Shown here in pieces: positions 50,412 through 61,317 of a DNA stretch of 64,000 nucleotides (within the stretch, counting starts at the first letter, position 1; the number at the start of each line of letters is the position of its first letter). A program made the position numbers and the translations under genes. Source of the DNA: an uncultured Spirochaetota bacterium (lineage in GTDB: Bacteria > Spirochaetota > B62-G9 > DRHN01). A model generated the notes under the pieces. It searched no databases. It saw only the letters and a program-made list of their open reading frames with translations, and was not told where the DNA came from. The stretch is taken from NCBI GenBank assembly GCA_964433545.1, contig CAYSRJ010000002.1, positions 37,020-101,019 of the forward strand. The letters run 5' to 3'.

Positions 50412-51371
50412 GTGGAGCAGTGCATGAAAAAAAAACAGATAATAATTATTGTTATACTGAGTGTGATATTTATTATAACCTTTTTCCCAGCCGCCAGTTT
50501 GTCTCGAGCTTTAACTCTTGAAGACGCCCAGTTCGATTTAGCACTTACCCTGTTCAGGAGAGGAAATTATACGGCTGCAACTACTGAATTCCGTCGGCTT
50601 CTCTTCGATATGAAAACCGTCAAGTACAGAGATGCCGGATACTACTACGTTGCCCGCTGCTATTTGTACATGAAAAATTACATCAGGGCAAAAAAGAACC
50701 TGGAAATTGTCGTTAATACGATGGAAAATAGCAGGTATCACGGCGCATCACTGTATTATCTTGGAAGGTGCCAATATCTGCAGAAAGAATACAAGGTCGC
50801 AATCACCGCATTTGACACCTATGTCAGTTTATACCCCTCACAGGAATATGCGGACAACGCTCTCTACTGGAAGGCGGAGAGTCTGCTCAACCTGGGCTCA
50901 CGCTCACAGGCACGAAAGACGCTTGTTGAAATTTTAAAAAGATACCCGAATGGAAACAAGGCGGATGCCGCATCGTTCAAGCTGCGCCTTCTCGATCTGG
51001 AGCAGCTTGAAAAAAAGGAAACTGCACAAATAAGTCCCGTGTCTTCTGATGAGGGTCTGAAAAAGGAGCTTGCGCAGGCGCAGGAGGAGCTGACGCGAAT
51101 GAAGGAGAAGGAAGCACAATGCAAGGATGAGATCACCAGGCTGAATAATCAGATAGAGACATTGCAATCGGAGATAACGAACCTGAAAGAAATCGGAAAG
51201 GGGACGAATGATGAGAGGGAAAAACAGATCGAGGAAAAGATAAAAGCACTTGTGTCCTGGGAAAACGTTTTGAAAGTGAAAGAGGAGGCTCTTGACGACA
51301 AGGAACAGATGCTGGACGAGGAATATGAGAGACTACAAAAAATCACCGCCGAGCTCGAAAACAATGATTAA
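50412..51371 (+). CDS. Secreted TPR + coiled-coil protein
   Basis: 319 aa; signal peptide; N-terminal TPRs; C-terminal heptad-rich coiled coil; its stop overlaps the next gene's ATG (ATGATTAA). Confidence 0.6.
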   Translation: MEQCMKKKQIIIIVILSVIFIITFFPAASLSRALTLEDAQFDLALTLFRRGNYTAATTEFRRLLFDMKTVKYRDAGYYYVARCYLYMKNYIRAKKNLEIVVNTMENSRYHGASLYYLGRCQYLQKEYKVAITAFDTYVSLYPSQEYADNALYWKAESLLNLGSRSQARKTLVEILKRYPNGNKADAASFKLRLLDLEQLEKKETAQISPVSSDEGLKKELAQAQEELTRMKEKEAQCKDEITRLNNQIETLQSEITNLKEIGKGTNDEREKQIEEKIKALVSWENVLKVKEEALDDKEQMLDEEYERLQKITAELENND

Positions 51372-52497
51372 GACTGCTTCTATCATTTTTCTATCGATGA
51401 TTTTCATTTTCACTGTACAGCCGGTCTTTCCCGCAGTTTTACGAAGCAGTTCTATTCTTGTCGATATTGACGACACCACCGGCAGATTGTTTCTTTCAAC
51501 AGTGAACGGAAAAGATGATGTAGAGGGGGACGAAAACAGTAATCTGCTTTTTTACGATGAGCCGCCGACAAGTTATACGATCGTATATGTCGATGATGAG
51601 CTTTTTGTTTTCGGCAGTACCGAAGGCGTGTTTTCTCTACTCCCCGTAAACAGAAACTCCTCGATTGAGGCTGTGTGGGAAAACGACCTGGTGCGTGTCC
51701 GGCAGATTGTTACTTTTGTGCAGAGAAAGGGTACAGGCAAGGAAGAAGGCGCGCTTATCCAATATCGGGTAGAGAACAAATCAAAAAAAAAGCGGTCGAT
51801 AGGTTTTCGGATACTGTACGACACCTATCTCGGTGAAAAGGGTCAGTACCATTTCGAGCTTTCAGGTAGGAGACGGATATCATTTGAGACAACCCTTGAA
51901 AACAAATCATTACCCACGTTCTGGCGTTCTCAATCCGAAAAAAATCCAGCTCTCTGTCTGAGTGGTTTGCTGAAGGGCGGTATCGTGACGGTTCCCTATA
52001 AAATAAATTTTGCAAATTTTAAAACATTACAGGATCATCTGGAATTCGGCTGGGTCGTTCCTGATACTAAACGTAAAAGAAGGTTCGATAATCTGCCCTT
52101 TTCCAAGGATGACAGTGCCGTAGCCCTGTACTTCAAACCAGTTCCCGTTGATCCCGGCGGCGTGCGGGAGGTCAACAGCGTGCTGGGCCTCTGCGGCATT
52201 GAGGATTTCACACTCGAAACCTCTGAAACGGTTGTCAAAATCGTAAAAAACGAAGGTGAAAAGAAGCCTCCCGAGTTTCAGCAGAAGCATGAAGACCTCT
52301 CTCTCCTTTCTCAGGCCGATCTGGACCGTATTGTAAAAGAGCTGAAAAGAATTAAGCTGCTACACGGCTCTCTTGACGATATAAACGGGGTCATAAAAAG
52401 GATAAATGAGATCCTTGCCTCGGAGGGGAAGAAGGTAGAGGAGGATGAGCTCGTTGATATACTTGACTCTTTGCAGAATATGAGGAAAAAGCCCTAA
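51367..52497 (+). CDS. Hypothetical secreted protein, translationally coupled to the upstream TPR/coiled-coil gene
   Basis: The ORF track gives 51292-52497; the likely real start is the ATG at about 51367 (MIKTASIIFLSMIFIFTVQPVFP is a signal peptide). Confidence 0.5.
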   Translation: MKTASIIFLSMIFIFTVQPVFPAVLRSSSILVDIDDTTGRLFLSTVNGKDDVEGDENSNLLFYDEPPTSYTIVYVDDELFVFGSTEGVFSLLPVNRNSSIEAVWENDLVRVRQIVTFVQRKGTGKEEGALIQYRVENKSKKKRSIGFRILYDTYLGEKGQYHFELSGRRRISFETTLENKSLPTFWRSQSEKNPALCLSGLLKGGIVTVPYKINFANFKTLQDHLEFGWVVPDTKRKRRFDNLPFSKDDSAVALYFKPVPVDPGGVREVNSVLGLCGIEDFTLETSETVVKIVKNEGEKKPPEFQQKHEDLSLLSQADLDRIVKELKRIKLLHGSLDDINGVIKRINEILASEGKKVEEDELVDILDSLQNMRKKP

Positions 52498-52518
52498 TTC
52501 GAGCTGGAGGATTGAAAT

Positions 52519-53010
52519 TTATTTAAGCTGGCCTGATAGGTTCGAGGCCTTGAAATGCCGCTTTAGCTCCCGTGATTCGTCCCTTTTTCTGATGTCTTCT
52601 TTTTTATTATACAGTTTTTTCCCTCTGACCAGTCCGAGCTCCACTTTAACCCTGCCGTCTTTGAGGTATACCCTGAGAGGCACGAGTGTGTATCCCTTTT
52701 CACGAATCTTTGAACGGAGTTTTTGTATTTCACTTTTATGAAGAAGCAGTTTCCTCTCGCGAACAGGATCGTGATTCATCCTGTTTCCAAACGGATACTG
52801 GCTGATATGCACGTTCTTTAAAAAGATCTCTCCTGACCTGATAAATGCAAAACCGTCCTTGAGGCTGATGTTCCTATCCCGTATGGATTTAACCTCGGTG
52901 CCGAGTAGAGATATTCCCGCCTCTATTTTCTGGATTATGGTAAAATCATGGTAGGCTTTTTTATTGGTAACAAGTACTTTTTCTTCAGTGCTTTTCTCAG
53001 GCATACACAT
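52519..53010 (-). CDS. smpB: SsrA-binding protein SmpB
   Basis: 163 aa; SmpB core motif …AYHDFTIIQKIEAGISLLGTEVKSIR… (cf. canonical NKKAxHDY…ExGIxLxGxEVKSxR) and C-terminal basic tail. Confidence 0.9.
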   Translation of the reverse strand: MCMPEKSTEEKVLVTNKKAYHDFTIIQKIEAGISLLGTEVKSIRDRNISLKDGFAFIRSGEIFLKNVHISQYPFGNRMNHDPVRERKLLLHKSEIQKLRSKIREKGYTLVPLRVYLKDGRVKVELGLVRGKKLYNKKEDIRKRDESRELKRHFKASNLSGQLK

Positions 53011-53043
53011 AACATACTATGACGGTATCTCAACAGTCAACCG

Positions 53044-54231
53044 GTGAGCATGTATTTTACCGGTCGGCTTTTAAAAACTGAAGGCGGTATTATGATTTCT
53101 CTTTATATTCACATACCGTTCTGCACGAGCAAATGTGCGTACTGCGATTTTCTCTCCTTCGCCTCACCGGATGATGATGAGGTCTTCCGCTATCTACATG
53201 CACTCAACTGTGAAATGGCCCTCTATAGGGGAGAACGGATCAATACTGTGTACATAGGGGGGGGTACTCCCTCTATTCTTACAACCCGGCAGTTTGGTTT
53301 TATTACTGAGAAGTTGTACAGCAGTTTTAACATCATTCAGGATGCTGAATTTACACTGGAGGCGAATCCAGAATCAGTTGACCGGCAGAAGGTTCGGGCC
53401 TGGAAATCCTCCGGAATAAACCGGGTGTCACTTGGGGTGCAGAGCTTCGAAGATTCGGTGCTGGAACAATGGGCGCGGAAAACACGAAGGGCGGATTCTA
53501 TAAGAGCTGTTGAAATTCTTTCTGAAGAGAATATTAATAATTTCAACATCGACCTTATACTCGGGCTACAGGCAGGGAGGGATGTTGCGGCAGGTGTGGG
53601 TCTGTTTAAAAAAGATCTTGCAGAGGCCGCAGCTCTTAAACCCGCGCATATATCGGTATATATGCTTTCCATTCACGAGGGGGGTGGTTTTGCACTTTCA
53701 TCGGAAGCCCTTCTGTTCGATGATAGCACCTATGAGAAGCTGTATTACCGTACAGTCAGATTTTTGTCGTCTTTCGGGTACAGCCAGTATGAGGTTTCAA
53801 ACTTTGCAAAAAAGGGCTTCCGGTCAAAACATAATATAAATTACTGGAGGTCAGGCCAATACATTGGCGTGGGGCTCGGTGCGGTAACGACAAGAAACGG
53901 TATTCGTGAGAAAAATACACAGGATCTCGGGAAATATATTGAAGTTGCCGAAAAAGGGTTGAAACCGATAGCGGAGACAGAAGTGCTCGGCAAACGGGAA
54001 CTGTTGTATGAAAGGATAATACTCGCCCTGCGAATGACCGGCGGTATCAAGCTGTCAGAATTGGAGTGTATGGCCAATGTAAAATATAAGGTTCACTTAG
54101 ACAGGTACATCAATGAGCTTCAAAATCTCGGTTATGCGGAAAAGAAAACAGACCGCTTGTGCCTTACATCTGCCGGATTCTTCCGCTCAAATTATATCAT
54201 TGCAAGGCTTCTGCGGTTTATCAGCTGCTGA
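53044..54231 (+). CDS. hemW: Radical-SAM HemW/HemN-like protein (heme chaperone / oxygen-independent coproporphyrinogen oxidase family)
   Basis: CxxxCxYC (CTSKCAYCDF) radical-SAM motif; HemN_C-like C-terminal region; probable true start MISLYIHIPFC about 53092. Confidence 0.8.
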   Translation: MSMYFTGRLLKTEGGIMISLYIHIPFCTSKCAYCDFLSFASPDDDEVFRYLHALNCEMALYRGERINTVYIGGGTPSILTTRQFGFITEKLYSSFNIIQDAEFTLEANPESVDRQKVRAWKSSGINRVSLGVQSFEDSVLEQWARKTRRADSIRAVEILSEENINNFNIDLILGLQAGRDVAAGVGLFKKDLAEAAALKPAHISVYMLSIHEGGGFALSSEALLFDDSTYEKLYYRTVRFLSSFGYSQYEVSNFAKKGFRSKHNINYWRSGQYIGVGLGAVTTRNGIREKNTQDLGKYIEVAEKGLKPIAETEVLGKRELLYERIILALRMTGGIKLSELECMANVKYKVHLDRYINELQNLGYAEKKTDRLCLTSAGFFRSNYIIARLLRFISC

Positions 54232-54352
54232 CACTCAGGGGCGGAGGGGATAATTAAGGATTCTCGAATACGTTTTAGTTGACGTTGAATTTTTTTATCG
54301 TTATCTTTTTCCTATCCGGAAAATGGCTAAATCTTCTTTGAATAATACTATA

Positions 54353-54612
54353 GGCAAGTAAACTTTCAATTGTAGAAGACCAAACCGATCGGGCTCGTTG
54401 ATAAATGTTTTTCGTTACAACTACACAGGCGAACCCATTCTGACGGTAGAAGGTCGGAAGAACGCTTGCCTAAGGGTTTTTAGCGAAATTTGTCAATGCT
54501 TAATAGGCCGTGGACAGGAAAAGAGTTATTGTCTATTAAAAAAACCGGTATTAAGGATACCGGGGAATACTGGTACAAAACACCAGCCTTCTCCGGCATG
54601 GAATGTCGGTAT
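54353..54612 (+). repeat. Dispersed intergenic repeat family 1, copy C, with an 80-bp insertion carrying an A7-hairpin (CCGGTAT-TAAG-GATACCGG) before the tail module
   Basis: GGCAAGTAAACTTTCAAT...GGGCTCG...CCCATTCTGACGG...CTTGCC; the core aligns to copies A and B; the tail aligns to copy B. Confidence 0.8.
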
Positions 54613-54617
54613 TCTAA

Positions 54618-55424
54618 GTGGATAGAATCATAAAAATAGAAAATATGGATAGAAAAGATAAAGAGAATTCAAAGCGTAAAAAAAACACTGAAGCCAGTAG
54701 AGGATACGATAAAAAGGGCGATGAACAGGAGATTTCGATAGACAAACTCGATGCGACGAATAATCAGGAGATTTCGGCTGAAAAGAAGAAAAACGGGCAA
54801 AATACAACCCAAGAATGTTCACCCGCAAAGACGCTTTTGCAAACCCTCTGTGAAGATGAACTGCAGGAACTTCTCAGCGTCAGAGAGAAACTTGACGAAC
54901 AGTCGAAAATTCTGGAAGAGAAGAAGAGCCTCCTTTCCGAATATGAGGACCTGCTTAAGCGCAAACAGGCGGATTTTGAAAATTATCGTAAGAGAGTCCA
55001 GCGGGAATTCGATGATTTTAAAAAATATGCAACCTCTGATCTTGTTCTCGACATCCTGAACGTTATAGACGATTTTGAACGGGCTATCGATTCTGCACGG
55101 TCGTCAAAGGATTTCGACACGCTTCTCGAAGGCATCCTGCTTGTGGAAAAACATCTCCGGAACCTTCTCGAGAGCAAGTACGATATCGAGCCTATTGAAA
55201 CTGTCGGCAGAGAATTTGACCCAATGGTCCATGATGCAATCATGATGGAAGAATCAGAGCAATACAGTGAAGATACAGTGGTAGAGGATTTCCAGAAGGG
55301 ATATAAACTCCATGATAGAGTTTTGAGACCTGCCAAGGTTAAGGTTGCGAAAGCTGTATCTTCGAACAGTGCGTCAGACGAAAAAACCGATGAAGTAGCG
55401 GAATCCTCCGGGAAAGGAGATTAA
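54618..55424 (+). CDS. grpE: Nucleotide exchange factor GrpE with a Lys/Glu-rich N-terminal extension
   Basis: 268 aa; C-terminal GrpE four-helix bundle/beta domain features; precedes dnaK. Confidence 0.85.
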   Translation: MDRIIKIENMDRKDKENSKRKKNTEASRGYDKKGDEQEISIDKLDATNNQEISAEKKKNGQNTTQECSPAKTLLQTLCEDELQELLSVREKLDEQSKILEEKKSLLSEYEDLLKRKQADFENYRKRVQREFDDFKKYATSDLVLDILNVIDDFERAIDSARSSKDFDTLLEGILLVEKHLRNLLESKYDIEPIETVGREFDPMVHDAIMMEESEQYSEDTVVEDFQKGYKLHDRVLRPAKVKVAKAVSSNSASDEKTDEVAESSGKGD

Positions 55425-55426
55425 AA

Positions 55427-57370
55427 ATGGGAAAGATAATAGGAATTGATCTTGGTACTACCAATTCCTGTGTTGCCGTAATGGAGGGCAGTGAAGCAAA
55501 GGTAATTACCAATGCGGAAGGGCAGAGAACGACCCCTTCTGTCGTTGCTTTTACAAAGAAGGATGAAGTGTTGGTCGGGCAACCGGCGAAGAATCAGATC
55601 ATCACAAACTCGGAAAATACTGTCTACTCCATAAAGAGATTTATGGGGCGGCGTTATTCAGAAGTATCAAAAGAGAAGGGGATGGTTCCATATCAGGTTA
55701 TTCAGGGGAAAAACGGCGATGCACGCGTCAAAGTAAATGCCGGTGAGTTCTCGCCGCCTGAAATTTCAGCCCGTGTACTTCAGAAAATGAGGCAGACAGC
55801 TGAGGATTATCTCGGTGAGAAGGTGATCGAGGCAGTCGTTACCGTACCGGCGTATTTTAACGATTCTCAGAGACAGGCAACAAAGGATGCAGGAAGAATT
55901 GCCGGCCTCGACGTGAAGCGCATAATCAACGAGCCGACTGCTGCCTCGCTTGCTTACGGCCTGGAGAAAAAGAAGGATGAAAAGATTGCCGTCTATGATC
56001 TCGGCGGTGGAACATTCGATATATCGATTCTTGAGCTTGGTGACGGTGTATTCGAGGTCAAATCGACCAACGGCAATACTCATCTCGGCGGAGATGACTT
56101 TGACAAACGTGTTATGGACTGGCTGATCGATGAATTCAAAAAAGATTACAGTATCGACCTCTCACAGGATAAAATGGCGCTCCAAAGGCTCAAAGAATCG
56201 GCTGAGAAGGCCAAAGTTGAGTTATCAAGCGCCATGTCGACAGACATCAATCTCCCCTTTATTACGGCTGACTCGGGGGGTCCGAAGCATTTGAACTATA
56301 CGTTGACACGCGCCAAATTGGAACAGCTTCTTGGAGATCTGGTGGAGTCCACGAGGGGACCCTGCGAAAATGCGCTCAAGGATGCAGGCTTGACCGCAAA
56401 TGATATCGATGAGGTTATTCTCGTCGGGGGTTCTACTCGCATGCCAGCTGTCGTTGAAGTGGTTAAAAAAATATTCAAGAAAGAGCCGAACAAAGGCGTA
56501 AACCCTGATGAGGCGGTCGCAATCGGCGCTGCGATTCAAGGTGGTATTCTTGCCGGTGATGTGAAAGATGTTCTTCTCCTCGATGTTACACCGCTTTCGC
56601 TTGGTATTGAAACCCTTGGCAGTGTAATGACCAGACTTATCGAGAAGAATACGACAATACCGACTCGCAAGAGCCAGATTTTTTCAACCGCTGCGGACAA
56701 TCAAACGGCGGTAAGCATACATGTGCTGCAGGGTGAGCGTGAAATGGCAGCACATAACAGAACGCTCGGTAGATTTGACCTTGTCGGTATTCCACCCGCA
56801 CCGAGGGGTATTCCGCAGATTGAGGTTACATTTGATATCGATGCAAACGGTATCGTTCACGTATCCGCGAAAGACCTTGCCACCGGGAAAGAACAGAAGA
56901 TCAGAATCGAGTCATCGAGCGGTCTCAGCGAGGATGAAATTAAAAAAATGGTAAGGGATGCCGAAACCCATGCTGAAGAGGACAGGAAGGCAAAGGAGAA
57001 GGCTGAATCAGTGAATCAAGCTGACAGCCTTATCTACCAGACTGAAAAGATGCTGAAAGATTACGGTGACAAGATTTCTCCGGATGATCGATCGAACATA
57101 GAGAATGAAATTGAGAACACCAGAAAGGCCATGAGTGAAGGCGATGCCGATGCCATAAAACAGGCTGTCGAATCTTTGACACAGGCTTCTTATAAAATCT
57201 CCGAATCGATGTATAGGGAAGCGGCGAGCCAACAGGCGTCGCAGCAGGGACAAACCGCAGATACCTCAGAGTCAGGACCGGAGGGAGAGGCTGGGTCACA
57301 GCAGAAGGAAGAAGACGTGGTTGACGCCGAGTACGAAGTAGTTGATGATGACAAGAATACAAACAATTAA
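55427..57370 (+). CDS. dnaK: Molecular chaperone DnaK (Hsp70)
   Basis: 647 aa; Hsp70 signatures IDLGTTNS and DLGGGTFD; acidic C-terminal tail. Confidence 0.97.
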   Translation: MGKIIGIDLGTTNSCVAVMEGSEAKVITNAEGQRTTPSVVAFTKKDEVLVGQPAKNQIITNSENTVYSIKRFMGRRYSEVSKEKGMVPYQVIQGKNGDARVKVNAGEFSPPEISARVLQKMRQTAEDYLGEKVIEAVVTVPAYFNDSQRQATKDAGRIAGLDVKRIINEPTAASLAYGLEKKKDEKIAVYDLGGGTFDISILELGDGVFEVKSTNGNTHLGGDDFDKRVMDWLIDEFKKDYSIDLSQDKMALQRLKESAEKAKVELSSAMSTDINLPFITADSGGPKHLNYTLTRAKLEQLLGDLVESTRGPCENALKDAGLTANDIDEVILVGGSTRMPAVVEVVKKIFKKEPNKGVNPDEAVAIGAAIQGGILAGDVKDVLLLDVTPLSLGIETLGSVMTRLIEKNTTIPTRKSQIFSTAADNQTAVSIHVLQGEREMAAHNRTLGRFDLVGIPPAPRGIPQIEVTFDIDANGIVHVSAKDLATGKEQKIRIESSSGLSEDEIKKMVRDAETHAEEDRKAKEKAESVNQADSLIYQTEKMLKDYGDKISPDDRSNIENEIENTRKAMSEGDADAIKQAVESLTQASYKISESMYREAASQQASQQGQTADTSESGPEGEAGSQQKEEDVVDAEYEVVDDDKNTNN

Positions 57371-57455
57371 CTATCAAAATTTCTAGCCTCATGACCCCGG
57401 ACCAAGGAGGTGGGCGAAAGTCCGCCTCCTGTTCAGTTTTGGAGAATCGCTCAAA

Positions 57456-58619
57456 ATGGCACCAAAAAGAGACTACTATGAAATTCTTGGCATTGACAGA
57501 AACGCATCAAAAGACGAGATCAAGAAAGCCTACAGAAAACTCGCTGTAAGATATCATCCCGATAAAAATCCAGACGATAAATCTGCGGAAGAGAAGTTCA
57601 AGGAAGCAACTGAAGCCTATGAAGTTCTGGGAGATCAAGAGCGGCGAAAAATGTACGACCAGTTCGGTCATGAAGGGGTCAATGCCCAGGCCGGTGGATT
57701 CCGAGGATTCAGGAGCAGTTCTGATTTTGAGGACCTGTTTAGCGGATTTTCTGATATTTTCGGATCTGATTTTTTCGAGTCGTTTTTCGGGTTCGGAAAT
57801 GCTTTCGGCAGGTCGCGGGAAGGCTCTTCACAACAGCGTGCCGCGCGGCAACGTGCCGCACGGGGATCTGACATTCGCTACGATGTTAATCTGAATCTTG
57901 AAGAGGCTGCATTCGGCAAAAAAATTGAGATACAGCTCAATAGGTTGGAGCATTGTCGGGAGTGTGGAGGCACGGGCTCAAAAGAGGGAAGCGGCTACGT
58001 AAACTGTCCAAAGTGTGGCGGCACCGGGCAAATAACCCGGTCCCAGGGTTTTTTTACCATTGCCTCCACATGCCCCACATGTAGAGGAACGGGAAAGGTC
58101 ATCAAAGATTACTGCACTGTCTGCAAGGGTAGCGGGCAGGTGAAAAAGAGCAGGAAGATCGTGCTTGATATTGAGCCCGGCGTTGAAGACGGCACCGTTT
58201 TGCGTCTCCATGGAGAAGGAAATGCCGGTCAACAAGGTGGTCCGCATGGTGACCTGATCGTTGTTGTTCATCAGAAACCCCATCCCTTTTTCCTCAGAAA
58301 GGGGAATGACGTTATCTGTGAAGTACCGATCAGTGTTTTTCAAGCCATACTAGGAGCGGAGATCAAGGTTCCCACTCTTGACGAGAAGATTGTAAAGATC
58401 AATATTCCTTCCGGAACTGAGAGCGGAAAAGTGTTCCGGCTGAAAAAGGAGGGAATTCCCTATTTCAAACGATGGGGAAAGGGTGATCAGCTCGTCAAGG
58501 TTATCGTTCAGATACCGAAGAACCTTTCATTAAAAGAAAAAAAAGTTTTACACGAGCTTAACACGGTTAGAAAAGATACCGACACACCTTCTCTTCTTCG
58601 TGTCAATGACTTCAAGTAA
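57456..58619 (+). CDS. dnaJ: Molecular chaperone DnaJ
   Basis: 387 aa; J domain with HPD; G/F-rich region; four CxxCxGxG zinc-finger repeats. Confidence 0.95.
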   Translation: MAPKRDYYEILGIDRNASKDEIKKAYRKLAVRYHPDKNPDDKSAEEKFKEATEAYEVLGDQERRKMYDQFGHEGVNAQAGGFRGFRSSSDFEDLFSGFSDIFGSDFFESFFGFGNAFGRSREGSSQQRAARQRAARGSDIRYDVNLNLEEAAFGKKIEIQLNRLEHCRECGGTGSKEGSGYVNCPKCGGTGQITRSQGFFTIASTCPTCRGTGKVIKDYCTVCKGSGQVKKSRKIVLDIEPGVEDGTVLRLHGEGNAGQQGGPHGDLIVVVHQKPHPFFLRKGNDVICEVPISVFQAILGAEIKVPTLDEKIVKINIPSGTESGKVFRLKKEGIPYFKRWGKGDQLVKVIVQIPKNLSLKEKKVLHELNTVRKDTDTPSLLRVNDFK

Positions 58620-58826
58620 CACGCACTGTTTTTCCTGCCTGAAACTTCAGGTGCATGAAATTATTGCTGCTGTCAAGTAACGTACATCACTATTATCTGC
58701 AAAGCTGTTAACAAAATTCCATTTTTTTTGGACAAATGCAGTCACAGGGGATATTTTGTAATGTATGTTGTACTTCTATACTTCGTACGTATGCTGTAAA
58801 GTACAAATAAATAGAGGAATGGAGTT

Positions 58827-59843
58827 ATGAAGAGGGAGAGACGAATCGAACTGGACAAAAGAATCAGGATAGGGATAATCGGTGTAGGGAAAATGGGAAC
58901 ATATCATGCCAATGTGCTTTCCACCATGGACGATGAAATTGAATTTATCGGCGTGTACGACATTGACGACCGTCGGGCTCAGGAAATATCCAAAAAATAC
59001 AAAATCCGCGCATACGAGAATATGGAAGACCTGCTCGGTGAAGCAGACGGAGTATGTGTGGCTGTTCCTACAGGCATCCACTACGATATTTCCAAGAAGG
59101 CTCTTGATGCAGGTGTTCATACGCTTGTGGAAAAGCCGATTTCAAGAACTATTGAAGAGGCAACCGATCTTGTCAATACGGCTACCACCAATAAACTCAT
59201 CTTCCAGGTGGGGCATATTGAGCGGTTTAAAGGTGCGGTCGCTGAATTGAAAAAGATTGTGGCGGATCCGTATCTCGTAGAGGCAAGAAGAATCGGGCCC
59301 TGGAAGGACAGGGATTGGGATACAGGCGTCGTTCTCGATTTGATGATTCATGATATTGATATTGTTCTGTCTCTGATAAACAGCGGCGTTGTTCACATAG
59401 ACAGTATCGGCAACCGGGTTAAAAGCAGCTTTGAGGATATTGCATCTGCGGTCCTGCAGTTTGAGAACGGTGCAATTGCGACCATAACTTCAAGCAGATT
59501 AAGTGAGACCCGAATCCGAACCATGGCAATATCCCAGGACAAGGCATACATTGTGCTTGATTTTGAAGCGAACGATATAAATATATACAGAGGTTCGTCC
59601 GCACGGTTCTTTGTTTCACCGGTTGAAATAACCTATAAGCATGATTCATTCGTCGAACGTGTCCTCGTCCAGAAGGAAAATGCCTTGAAGGATGAGCTGC
59701 AGCACTTTATCGATTGTATCTATGAACGAACAGAGCCCATTGTAAGCGGAGAAGACGATATCAAGACCCTTGATATAACTCTCAAGATTATCGGACAGAT
59801 TGAGAAAAGAATACAAGCATCAGAACAGATGTTCAGCGTATAG
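58827..59843 (+). CDS. Gfo/Idh/MocA family NAD(P)-dependent oxidoreductase
   Basis: 338 aa; N-terminal Rossmann motif IGIIGVGKMG; family-typical EKP motif. Confidence 0.75.
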   Translation: MKRERRIELDKRIRIGIIGVGKMGTYHANVLSTMDDEIEFIGVYDIDDRRAQEISKKYKIRAYENMEDLLGEADGVCVAVPTGIHYDISKKALDAGVHTLVEKPISRTIEEATDLVNTATTNKLIFQVGHIERFKGAVAELKKIVADPYLVEARRIGPWKDRDWDTGVVLDLMIHDIDIVLSLINSGVVHIDSIGNRVKSSFEDIASAVLQFENGAIATITSSRLSETRIRTMAISQDKAYIVLDFEANDINIYRGSSARFFVSPVEITYKHDSFVERVLVQKENALKDELQHFIDCIYERTEPIVSGEDDIKTLDITLKIIGQIEKRIQASEQMFSV

Positions 59844-60032
59844 AATAGGATTTTTCACAGTAATTCAGTCTTGTATGCACTGAAAAAATGAATTACAATT
59901 CGAATTAGGACGGTGAAACAGGATTTGGCTGTTTATCGTTTATAGAGGGTTCAGCCGGCCAAGGGTTTGCGGAACCATGACAGTATCATGTGCAGGTTTT
60001 TTACCACAACTCAATTACAGGAGTGAAAAATA

Positions 60033-60632
60033 ATGCACAGAAGAAGACATTTTATTATTGAAGGTAACTTTCAAACACGCTTTATTCTTCGCTTTATTCT
60101 TGTTGTTGTTGGAGCGACGCTTCTTTCTACTGCCGCAATTCTTGGACTTTTTTATTTTAAATATCAGTACGGCGGTGCAAATTTCGAGAATATTGTCATT
60201 ATGGTCACGAGCGAGGGACAAACGGATGTGACCGGTCTTTTTCAGGTTGTCCTCACCCCGCTTATTGCGGCAAATCTATTCGTACTGTGTATCATCGTTC
60301 CCTTTTCCCTGTTTTATTCACATAAAATAGCGGGACCTATATACCGGCTCGAGCAGAGCCTGGATTTACTGCTCAGTGGGGATATGGATTTTATTATTAC
60401 GCTGAGAAAGCACGATGAATTCAAATATCTCGCTGACAAGATGAATGCTCTTATCGATTATATGCGGCGGAATGTCGGCGAGGTCAGGTCGAGCTACAGA
60501 CTGATTCAGGAAAAGATCGGTAAGATATCGGCAAACCTTCACTCTGAACGGCCCGATGTAGGTTCTCTTAAAAAAGAGATTATGGAATTAGAGCGTTTCT
60601 TCACCGAACGCAAGAAACCCTTCAGTTACTGA
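60033..60632 (+). CDS. Small membrane protein with a HAMP-like domain
   Basis: 199 aa; two TM helices followed by KIAGPIYRLEQSLDLLLSGDMDF (HAMP-like amphipathic segment); no output domain. Confidence 0.5.
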   Translation: MHRRRHFIIEGNFQTRFILRFILVVVGATLLSTAAILGLFYFKYQYGGANFENIVIMVTSEGQTDVTGLFQVVLTPLIAANLFVLCIIVPFSLFYSHKIAGPIYRLEQSLDLLLSGDMDFIITLRKHDEFKYLADKMNALIDYMRRNVGEVRSSYRLIQEKIGKISANLHSERPDVGSLKKEIMELERFFTERKKPFSY

Positions 60633-60680
60633 CAGTATTTCCTCTTCGCCGATAACAGCCCTCCCGTGCGCAGGTTTTGA

Positions 60681-61316
60681 TTACCACTGTATTTTTTTCA
60701 GGGCGTCACGGGCTGCTATCTTTATACTCCGTCTGAATTTCCCCCGCATTACTTCAATAAGAGGCACAAATCCGTCCCTGTGCCCTATATCACCGAGTGC
60801 CTGTACGCAGGCCAGAACGAGCTGGTCGTCAGGTCCTGATGGACTGGATGTTTCAATAGTACGGGTTATTTCCGGGATTGATTTCCGCTGTCCCATTTTG
60901 CCGATACCGATAACCACTGAGCTCCTCACAAATACATCAGTGTCGTATCTGAGAGCCTGGTAGAGCTTGGGAAGAACTCGTGTATCTCCGATATTTCCGA
61001 GTGCAACTGCACTTGCCGCTCTTACATCCCAGAAGTCGTTAACCACCCTGCCGTTCTGCCTCTCTACATAAAGAGTTCCCTGCTGCAGTCCGAACACGAG
61101 TGCATCAATAACGTCCTGATCCTTTGCGCCCATTTCAACCAGCTTGTTTATCGCCCACAGCTTGTTCTCATGAGACCCCTCATAAATGAGCTTTACATAG
61201 TCCTCTTTGCCGGGTTTTTCCAGATCACGAAGAAACTGTTCGATGCTTTCCTGTGCTTGAAGCACTCCTGCGCCGAGCACAAAGAGTACTGCAACGATTA
61301 TAACTATTTTTCTCAT
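60681..61316 (-). CDS. Secreted HEAT-repeat (PBS-lyase-like) protein
   Basis: 211 aa; signal peptide; repeated ...AAxALGxIGD... HEAT-like units. Confidence 0.6.
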   Translation of the reverse strand: MRKIVIIVAVLFVLGAGVLQAQESIEQFLRDLEKPGKEDYVKLIYEGSHENKLWAINKLVEMGAKDQDVIDALVFGLQQGTLYVERQNGRVVNDFWDVRAASAVALGNIGDTRVLPKLYQALRYDTDVFVRSSVVIGIGKMGQRKSIPEITRTIETSSPSGPDDQLVLACVQALGDIGHRDGFVPLIEVMRGKFRRSIKIAARDALKKIQW

Positions 61317-61317
61317 T

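Noticed and set aside
54232-54617. CIRCE element / hrcA upstream of grpE
   Set aside because: I searched by eye for TTAGCACTC...GAGTGCTAA and for an HrcA-like ORF. Neither is present. The spacer is occupied by a family-1 repeat copy instead.
57371-57455. Hairpin GGAGGTGGGCG-AAAG-TCCGCCTCC between dnaK and dnaJ as an RNA gene
   Set aside because: It is a short single stem-loop in an intra-operon spacer. It is more likely an mRNA-processing or stability element or a partial attenuator than a separate feature. I note it only.
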